A stretch of DNA of 64,000 bases from NCBI RefSeq assembly GCF_009914755.1, contig NC_060928.1, one strand, 5' to 3'. This stretch comes from the human T2T-CHM13v2.0 reference genome, Homo sapiens. A program made the translations under genes and the position numbers. Every line of letters starts with the position of its first letter. Position 1 is the first letter of the stretch. Under the pieces are notes generated by a model. The model made no database searches and was not told where the DNA came from. It saw only the letters and a list, made by a program, of their open reading frames with translations. This document shows, one piece after another, positions 53,893-64,000 of the stretch.

Positions 53893-55739
53893 ATATGAAT
53901 GAAAAATTGTAACCAGCATATCTTGTGCTATTTGGCAAACCACCCCTTGAGTGTGGATTCCTGATAAGAAGATGTCAGGCTCACTAACCTCCTCTACAGA
54001 CTGAATTAAAATCAATTTACAGACATATACATCACATTGTTCCTATTAAAATAAATTGCCACAAGGACAACAGACAAATAATGTGTTCTAAATATTTTAC
54101 CACATCATTCTTCTTCCTCAGAGCATTTGCAGAACTAATATTTTTAGAAAAAGTATGGAAAAATCTTGCTCCAACAAAGAGAACAATCAGAAGAGGTGCA
54201 GGTGAGCTAGAGAGAACTGGCTTCTAAAAAGAAGTTTTCTGTAAGAAACTTACAATAGGAAATTGATAATGATAGATTGCTGATAAGAGACTGTTGCCTG
54301 CATCTGATTCTCCCTGGGCTATGAATCAATGAGGGAGCTATATGACTTAACAGTCTCTGATTTTTAAAAAGGGTATAATTCATCAGGGCACGTCACTGAA
54401 AGAAGGTTAATTAGAGTTGTAAGACTCAATGCCTGGGGAGAGGCATAACACTGTCCTGAAATATAAAGAAAAAAAATTAAATCCGAAGTAACCTTTTTTA
54501 TTATACAGAGACAGGTAACAGGCAATATAGTAATGTTACTACCATCCTGATCCTGGTTTCAAAGTGATCAAATACACAAGGTCAAGTTTATATTTAAGTA
54601 AAATTTGTGCACTAATAGATGTTTATGGAAAGATGTAACAGGAAGTAAATTGACTCCAAACAGTGCCATCTACGGTAGGAAAAATAATGGAGGCACATGT
54701 ACAGAGTATTTCCTTTGAGTTGAGTGTTCCACATTTACAGCTCACAGCTGCTTTACATGCATAACCTGCTAACCCTCACGACAGTACTATGAGGATGAGA
54801 TTATTACTATTCTCTTTCCACAGATAACCATGTAAGATGGATAATTTGTTCAATTACAAAATGTCGATGCTCTAAACTAAATCCATCTGACTCCACAGCC
54901 CATTCTGAGCTTCTAACTACTTTGCCCTCAGGGGATGAACATCGTTCCAGAAAGAGCAACTCCTGGCCGTGAGTCAAAAAACAATTTAAAAACTATTGTT
55001 TGGAAGAACTTGCTTAAATCAATATCTGTTTTTAGAAATGAGACAATAAAGATCACAGGATCTCATATCCCAGAATCACAAAGAATTAGAGCCATGTTAG
55101 ACAAAGGAATTTGAAATTATTCAACGCATTGTGTCTCTATTCTGTGCTCCACATGATACCTCAACACTATGAAACATTTTGTAATACAGATTTATGAAAT
55201 ATGAAAAGAGATTCTCAATCTCTTTGTGTTTTAAGTCCCTAATGCCAATCTTTTATTATGAAAAAGAAAAGAAGTGTTATTTTTTTTTAGAATTAATTTC
55301 AACCAATAATTCTAAGACCAGACTGCTTTCTTTCAAAGGGAAAAGCAGTGTTTATAAAAGCAGAAAGAACCTTGAATTACTTTTTTCACCACTACTGTGA
55401 ATTTCAATTCTAAAAGCTTTCAATATGCACATCTTATGCATTTAATATCATGCTAAGTGCTGTGGGAACATAGAAAGCATGTAATCCATCATCAATTCCT
55501 TCAAATAAACCACAATTTTATGAGAGAAGCAAGACATGTAAATGTTGAACTGTTAAATCATAATTCTCAGAGGCATATAAGTAAGTGACCAAATAAATAG
55601 TGTAGGCCAAAATTCCCCAGACTGTGTTCCAAGAAATATTTAAAAGAAGTTCATTTTCAAAAAAAGTTCTGTTATTAAATAAGTTTTGAAACTATACGAT
55701 ATTTCCTTCATGAATGCCACCCTTACAAGTTATCACCAT

Positions 55740-55930
55740 CAATATTATCAAACATTTATTGACCCAGGTAGTACACTAAGTGCTTTAGATGCATTATTTC
55801 ATTTAATTCTCAAAATCAATTCAAGGAAATAAGTATTATTCTCATTTTATAGATGAAAAAAAGTAAAATGTGGAGAGCTAGGATCATGACTACACATGAT
55901 GCTTACTTTGCACTGTATATGGAACCAAAG
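55740..55930 (-). mobile_element. MIR
   Basis: AACATTTATTGA..CCAGG..TACTAAGTGCTTTA..GCATTATTTCATTTAAT; CTCATTTTATAGATGA. Confidence 0.8.
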
Positions 55931-56284
55931 TGCTAATCCCCAAAACATGGGCTCTAGCCTGAACAAAACTATGTCACTGAGGTCCCTGAATATTTTATGT
56001 AAAGTAGGTCCCCTCCCCATTTTTCACACCACCAAGGTAATTTCCTTCTTTAAAGGAAATTTGCATTCCAAAATTTGCATTTATTGACTCATTCATTTAT
56101 TTTCTGTCTATACTTCTAAATTGCTCATGCCACGTAAGTAAGGAGTATGACTGTAAGTGCCTTTTGCACTAATAAATCCAGTGCTAACCTAATTCCCAGC
56201 ACAGAGTAGGCACTTAATAAACATTTAATAGAAGGAAAGAAGGAAGAAGCAAGCAAGGAAGGAAAGAAGAAAAGGAATATCAAA

Positions 56285-56975
56285 GCAGAAATTGCACCAA
56301 AGTTAAACAGACAAGGAAGACTTTAATCAAGGCTCTTGCAGAACTTTCTGTGAGCTCAATTCCACGGAAATGAAACAAGGGATTGGAGAGGTTTTAAAAG
56401 CGAGAATGGGAGAATGATAGGCCATCTGTGTTTGTTAATTGGCTTTTCCCCAAGGAAAAGTAAACTTTCTCTTATCTTCATGACAGGAGGCACTGTTACC
56501 AATGAAGTTGGGCTCCTACCCTCTCTAGGACACTGGGAGGTAGGGGCATTATTACTTTCCTTGATGATTACATTTCAGAGGAATGGCTTCCAGGTCCTTG
56601 AGGAAGACATTCCTAAACTGTAAAACTGGAGAGGGGCTTTTTAAAAATGTACAACTCAGCGCAGTGGCCCAAGCTTGTAATCTCAAGCACTTTGGGAGGC
56701 CAGGCTGAGAGGATCATGTGAGTCCGGGAGTTTGAGACCATCCTGCACAACATGGTGAGACCTCATCTCTTAAAATAAATAAATTAATAATAACAATAAT
56801 AATAATAGAAAACAAAAATTTACAACTCCAAGGGCCAGAGAAGGAAATTACAATGACAAGTTTTCTAAAGTAAATGCTCTAAGAAAAGGGAGGGCTGTAG
56901 CCTGGCATCAGGAAGGAGGCTGTCTAAAGTTTAGTAAATCTGAGGGAAACTTTGAGGCCCTCTTGGACACAAGGA
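56285..56975 (-). mobile_element. ERV1 solo LTR (MER31-like, family uncertain) interrupted by a FLAM
   Basis: AAAGTTAAACAG.CAAGGAAGACTTTA.TCAAG antisense LTR end; recalled similarity. Confidence 0.5.
56658..56813 (+). mobile_element. Alu left monomer (FLAM-like)
   Basis: Single Alu arm, A/AAT-rich tail; TSD AAAAAT(G/T)TACAACTC 56643-56657 / 56814-56828. Confidence 0.85.
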
Positions 56976-57314
56976 TGAAGGGAAAAAGAGAGAGAGAAGA
57001 GATGGTTTCAAGGTTCACACCAAGGTCCACCTTTCCCTTGCTGTTCTTAGCCAATAGCTGAGCAAGGCAGGGGAATGAGAGCTGGGCCACTCCTACTCAG
57101 CAGTACTCCTCTAATGGGGAGCCTTTGATCTGTGCTCCCCATTAGCCTGGCCAAGAGTCTCCCAGAGCCCTGCTTCCGTTTGAGGCTTCTCCCATCCAAC
57201 CCCCCTTTCCCTCTTCTGCTGTAGTGAAGTCTGAAGGCTCTTGCTCCTGCCTCCTACTGCTCCTTCTCCACTTTTTTCTTCACAGATGTTACTTCTAATA
57301 CATTTCTTGCACAT

Positions 57315-57954
57315 AGTTGGGACTCAGAAAAGAATACCCCAAAATGAAGGCCTTGGAAGCAGCCTCAGAAGCCAAGTTTTTCTCTGACCTTCTCCTGCCC
57401 TTCTGTCTGTCCGTTCCATTCTCCCCCAAGGCTAGCCATAGAAAGGAGAATCCCTCTTCCCTAAGGCAGAGCATAGAAACCAGAACCTCCTTTCCCTAAA
57501 GCCAGTTGTAAAACCTAGAAATATTACTCCAATTTTCCCTTCCACATTTCTGTGTAAAAACTGGCCATAAAGAATTATCTGACTTACCTGTAGGTCATAA
57601 GGCCCCTATTCCAGAGAGGGTGCTACTCCATACTCAGGAGGAAGGAAAGCATGCTTGAGAGACCAAGGAAAATCCAGATAGACAGGGCTTGCTGCGTTTC
57701 CTCACTCAGTCTGTTAGAATTGGATGATACTCTTTTTGTTCAATCATATTTCTGCATGGCTCTCCAAACTTTGCTTCACCTAAGCATAAAAACAGATCAC
57801 TTTCCCTCAGTCTTTGGGTCATCGTTCTGAAGGCTTCTGTGTGTACATAATAAGTAAATTGGTATGCCTTTCCTCCTATTAATCTGCCTTTTGTGAGCTG
57901 AGTTTTCAGTGAATCTTCAGAGGGCAAAGGTGAACAGTTCCCTTGGCCCCAGCA
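57315..57954 (+). mobile_element. MER39-like solo LTR
   Basis: GTTGGGACTCAGAAAA.AATACCCCAAAATGAAGGCC..GAAGCAGCCTCAGAAGC start; ends CTTGGCCCCAGCA. Confidence 0.8.
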
Positions 57955-58150
57955 TCTAACATCTCAAGTACTTGAATTAGCACAGAAGGAACAGAATGGA
58001 GCAAGAGGAAGGGGAGGGATAGGGAACGGAGACAATGGAAGAAGAAAGAAAAACAGCAAGAAAAAAAGGAAGAAAAAAGAGAAAATGTGAAAGAGGAAGA
58101 GAAACAGAAAGCAAATGAGGCCACATTTACACACACACACACACACTCAC

Positions 58151-58225
58151 CAATCTTAGTTGCAATCCTAGAATTTGAAGGTTGGATTTTGGCTTCAACC
58201 TTGACTGTCATCACTAGCGGAGGTG
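58151..58225 (-). other. Candidate 75-nt spliced exon
   Basis: Acceptor GTTGTTCTCCTTACAG| and donor TTG|GTGAGT on the minus strand; non-repeat sequence; unverified. Confidence 0.35.
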
Positions 58226-59574
58226 CTGTAAGGAGAACAACCACCACAGATAGAAATGCTTTTTGCTTTCTCGGTAAGTGTCCTTCAGATGTCTTTTTGC
58301 AGCCGCCGTGGTAATAATACATGTTTAACGCTATAGATAGCTCACCTGTATTAAAATAAATGGCTACTGTTACGGCCCCTCTATGACAGCTCAATTCAAA
58401 GACACATAAAAGGACTTGAAGATATTTCTATGCTTCATAATCGTAGCCTCACAACTCTGTTTTAGACTCTAAGAGAGAATAAAACTTCCCATATGCTAGT
58501 ATAAAATTCACCTAACTTTTCAACTCCATAATTAGTGGTGGAAACATAAACTCCTTCACAGGATCCCCTCTTTGGCAGACAGATGTTGTCTGACCTCCCT
58601 GGCCTAAACCAGTGCATCATAAGAGTGCATTGATCAAAGGATGGTTTATTCAGGTTAATATAAAGCTATGAAGAGGAACCTGTCATTGCCAACCAGGGAG
58701 ACTATGCAATCCCTGTATGCTTCTTTTATGAGTGTTGTACACTAGAAGAAGACACAAAAAATATCAGGCATATAAATCTTTCCCAGGGAGACGTGGCCAT
58801 ACAATCACTTATATGCAAATCATTGAATTAAAGGAAACGTTCTTCTCCAAAGTACAAAGATTCATCTTCCAGGATAATTGAGTCAAAATCAACATTTAGA
58901 AGAAATAAATAATATTTTATTTATCACTACAAATGCACAAAGTCTACTAAGTGGCCAGTCAATTTACATTATTCAGCAAAACACTTTTCTCATTCTTTGT
59001 AATTATAATTTCATAGTATTCTCCAAAAATAATACATGGATTTTTTTTGTTGTTTTTGAGACTTAAGGGGATTTTTGATAACTTTTTTTCAACATAAAAA
59101 TTACCTATTCCAAAGGTTAAATGATAGCTTCATCCCAGGAGTCGAAACACTGCTAGCAACTTTCAAATAACATTTTCTAGATTTCAGAAATATTACTTTA
59201 CCTGGGATCCCTGTTATGAAGAGAACATCAGAATGGAGCCTCACGTGAGAACTCAGGGTCTGGAGCCACCAACAAATTATAAACTTAGATAGTACATAAT
59301 AAACCAGGGTATGCTTAACAAGAAGCAGCCACATTGGCAGTCACTGTGGATGACTGATGATGTGACAAAGCCCTTGAAGCTTTTTGCAGGCTGAGAACAT
59401 AAAACTACAAAGTAGCACAAGCGGAAATCAAAATAGCTGAAGCAAAACACAGCAAGAAAAGAGAAAATGTTAGGAAGAGAATAGTGAAATACCTGGAAGA
59501 AAATAATGGAAGAGTAGAACATGAGATGAAGAACAGAGTTCATAATACAATACATGCATTTCAGATATAAAAAT

Positions 59575-59730
59575 TGAAATACATTTATTCAACAAATATG
59601 CATTAAGATCTGATTGTGTCCCAGACACTACTGTACGCACTTGGGATACATCTGTGAATGAAAGAAGACAGTAAGCCCAGCCATCAGGTAGCTTATATGG
59701 GGAAGTAGGCCAGAGAGGCAAACAATAAAA
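59575..59730 (-). mobile_element. L2 3' end fragment
   Basis: CATTTATTCAACAAATATG.ATT.AG..CT..TGTG.CCCAGACACT..GGGATACA. Confidence 0.75.
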
Positions 59731-60906
59731 AAAAAAAAAAATAGATGTGAGGCTTCAAACAAGATAAAGGATTTAAGGTCAACAATCATGCTAAGTATTC
59801 AGTCTACACATGCAGAGAAAGAATTAGAGAACTTTTTCCAAAACACTGAAGACTGGTATTTCCACACTTCACATCACCTTGTAAGTGTACCATCTTTAAT
59901 ATATAACACAAGTCCTACATAATGAAATATTTGAATTCATCCTTAAAGAGTCTGACTTTTTAAAATATTTATCTAATTCATGGTCCCTTGAAGTATAATA
60001 AATGAATTGAAACTTAGCAAACAAATGTTTTATCAATGACTATTGCAGAATGGTGAAGTGTATCATGGTGTCATTGTTTTTAGATGGGAGTTCACTCATT
60101 CTCCACAAATCCTCTTGTCATTACCAAATCCTGAGATTAATTTCCCTGTAGGTATCTAGGTGTCATTAGCATTAGATACCCAGACTGGATATCTTGACAA
60201 TTAAATTTAAGAGTTGTTGCCTCATATCACACACATACCCTGGACATATGCACAAAACAGGCAGTTTTGCAAAATTCTTTATTAGCTGGATTATTTCTGC
60301 ATGGATTTGCTATCTCTTACACCCTCAGTTTCATTTCCATCATTCCGCTTGCGCAGTCATGTCTAAGTGTCTCTTTAATGAACATGGACAGTCTGTCACT
60401 CAGAGTAGGGAGATTAACAAAGCAGTGATACTTCTGATGTTGTGCCAGCTTGGAAAGTAATTAAATTTTCTTTCTCTAGTTTGCAATAATTGTTTGAAGA
60501 AGTGAAGCTCTGCCACAAATCACTTTGGCAGCTACCAGTAACATGGGCTGTGAGTTGGATATTACATAGTCTCATCTGTCATCCATTGTGATGCCAGTCA
60601 AGGAAAACTTTAAGAGAAAAGATCTGCTTGGAGAGGCAGGAGGTTGGTGCAGGGAAGGACATCCTGCCTGTGCTCTAGGCCTGCTGCACCACTACTGCTG
60701 CGGATTTCCAGCAATGAATTGTTTTCTTTTATCTTTTCATCTCATGGTCCTATTTTTCACCTAAATTAGACAAACCTGGGTCCCACCTTATTCCAATACC
60801 ACAATATATTGTCTATGTTTTCCTAGGCAGCTAGACTTACCTCTCTCAGCCTCAATTCTTTATCTGTAAAATGGGCATAATGATACTGCCCATCTAGTAT
60901 AGTTTT

Positions 60907-61212
<306 letters not shown>

Positions 61213-61663
61213 TATAGTTTTGTTTCATCTTGCCTTATGAGGATTAACTCATGAAATGCAGATAACATTAATAGTGCATTCAGTCTATCATTCATTCAAT
61301 AATTATTTATTTTATATGACCAACTCCAACACTGCATAGATTATATGTTAAATGATGGTTACTTTTTTATCATTATTATTAATGAACATATCATGTTTTA
61401 ATATATACTAGGAACGATGTTAGAAGTGAAAAGGAACCAAAAATTAGCAGAACAGTATCCTTAACTCTCCTTCAAAGCAGTAACCATGTTGGCATATAAA
61501 GTCTCCCTTCTCCAAATGTAAAGAAACTAAGGCAGGAAGAGATTGAAAAAATATCCACATTTCTACAGCAAATAGCAAAGGTTTTACTAAAAGCCAGGTT
61601 AGTGCTATATCTTTTGGACTTAAGCAAATACTATGCTCTGTAATATTATAAGGAGAAAATGTG

Positions 61664-62119
<456 letters not shown>

Positions 62120-62828
62120 TTATTACAAACCCAAACAGTTTTCAGCAGATTTGTGAGTCATTAAAAATATATGAGTGATATCTGATCAGTCACCAGATTC
62201 TGCTCTTTAGTCATGTTTGATTTTGCAACCAAAGATTAGTCCATAAAGGGAACAGTCCCTATTCTTCTTAAAAGAGAGAAACTCTGCCACACCTTACCAA
62301 CTATGTGCCTTTATTAAAATCTGTATATGTGCAAGTTATAAAGTCACTTTGTATACATTTTTAAGTAATTGCTTTATATCTGTTACCTGCTGTTTCTGGT
62401 ATTTTCCCCTAAATGTTACTCTTTTTAGAAAAATATCTATCTCCTTATCTCTTTCATAAACTTGGTCTGGTGAATCACTAATTAAATATATCTGCAATAC
62501 ATTACAGAAGGGTAATTTAATCTGCAGAGGTCAAACAAATCCCTTGAGATGAAAACTTGTCAAAAAGGTATGGATTTATTTCCAAGACAAGCAACAGACA
62601 GCACATAGTTTACTACTGTGTTAGAAGGGGATTGTGTACATGATGACTTCTGATTGCAGGCCTGGGGATGAGGAGAAATTTCAGAGAAAGGGGACCAGAT
62701 AGTGGTGTAGGAGATGGGTGGAAGGGATTGATAATAACAATATACAACAACAATAATATCGACAGCTACCATTTATTGCATGTTTACTCATTTCTAAGAA
62801 GCATATTACATGTTTTACAAGAACCTAG

Positions 62829-62830
<2 letters not shown>

Positions 62831-62859
<29 letters not shown>
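62831..62859 (+). repeat. (CA)n microsatellite within a degenerate MIR (~62750-63000)
   Basis: ~14 CA units; other simple repeats at 58129-58146 (CA) and 8686-8710 (AAT). Confidence 0.95.
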
Positions 62860-62863
<4 letters not shown>

Positions 62864-64000
62864 CTCTGTCTAGTGTATTTTATCACATCTGAGAAGATTG
62901 TGGCTTCCCCATGGCCAGACAGCAAACAGGTGATGGAACTTCAATTTAGACATCACTCCAAAGTCCACGTTCTCAACAACGATGCTATAAATTTTGCAAA
63001 GCTAAATTTATTCTGAAGTCTGTCTCCTTTTTCCATTCATCTCGGGCATTCAGTAGCTTACAGCCACACAGGCCAGATGGGGTACAGCGGGCAGTGGTGA
63101 TATTCAGAGGGAGCAGATCTATATCCTAGACCTGACACACAGCATCCACTCCATCTACACACACCAGGGCTTTGAAGAAACCCATATCCTAAAGAATGTT
63201 GGTTTAACTTAAATTTCTATTAGATTACCAGATACATACTCTAGAGGAAGTACAATTCTATTAATAGGAACTTGCCCCAAACATATTTTGCCTGTTCTCT
63301 CTTTGTTTAATAGCCTGTGTTTAGCACTACTTTGCCAAGTATGTAAATCAACTAATTTTTAATGAAAACTGCCTTTATTAAATAATTCGCAGTCCCTATG
63401 TTTATCAGCCTTTGTGTTATTTCCTTTTTTGGCTAAAATCAGATAGCTTTCTAGGTCACTTATTCCTTAGAAAAACTCCACAGAGATGATAAATAGCCAA
63501 TTGAACCTTAACACCTTCTCCCTCACAGTGTCCTACTGAAAAACAAAGTAAATTAATTGTGACTCCAGACAACTCGAACCTCATTGTCTTTCACCCCGCT
63601 GGCAGGCACTCTAGTGTCCTGTGTAATTGTGTACTGTGTAAACTCTATATACCTTATTTCATTTTTCTTCTAAATAAACTAAATATCTGGGTACAGGCAT
63701 TAAATTGAATTTATTTTGTCTACAATCAAAAGTTTCTGTGTTTTTACGGGGGGTTATAAAGTCAATGTGTCTCTTCCGTTTTAAACAAATCAGTGACATT
63801 TGATGCTGACAGGATACTGGTTGGTTGGGAATATCCTTGACCCTCCTTCCTCAGCTAAAGAGAAAGAAATGGGTCTCTGGAAGGAATTATGGCATGGACG
63901 CTATGCCCTAGATATGCTGAAGCATCATTAAGATTTAGGTGCATGGATTATGGGTCTTCATTTCTGTCTGAAAGTTGCAAAATTAATTTTTTTCTCTCCT

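Noticed and set aside
56056-56081. Two adjacent ATTTGCAT octamers
   Set aside because: An 11-bp local duplication in AT-rich DNA with no supporting context
57906-58394. 162-aa minus-strand ORF
   Set aside because: Spans a CA repeat, a purine tract and an LTR end; only the 75-nt splice-bounded part is kept as a weak candidate

Overview
AT-rich human genomic DNA (it carries a human-specific AluYb8) with no recognisable intact cellular protein-coding gene, RNA gene or CRISPR array. It looks intergenic or deep intronic and is dominated by transposable elements: several L1s (including a ~6.1 kb near full-length old L1PA on the minus strand), nine Alu/FLAM copies, MIR/L2, MaLR and other solo LTRs, and a Tigger2a. 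Two defective class I endogenous retroviruses lie on the + strand. (1) 34423-41544 is an LTR9/HUERS-P3-like element shaped like viral mRNA (R-U5...U3-R-polyA, inserted at a TT/AAAA site with a degenerate long TSD). It appears to be an L1-retrotransposed 'processed' ERV copy, and its 3' U3 holds four perfect octamer motifs. (2) 46280-53892 is a two-LTR LTR2/Harlequin mosaic provirus with an ATAT TSD, two unrelated env remnants and a visible G-to-A (Trp-to-stop) hypermutation signature. A 75-nt minus-strand exon candidate sits at 58151-58225. Repeat subfamily names come from recalled consensus sequences, and boundaries of old repeats are approximate. I found no evidence of a wholly new biological system. 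The processed ERV and the edited Harlequin are the most notable items.
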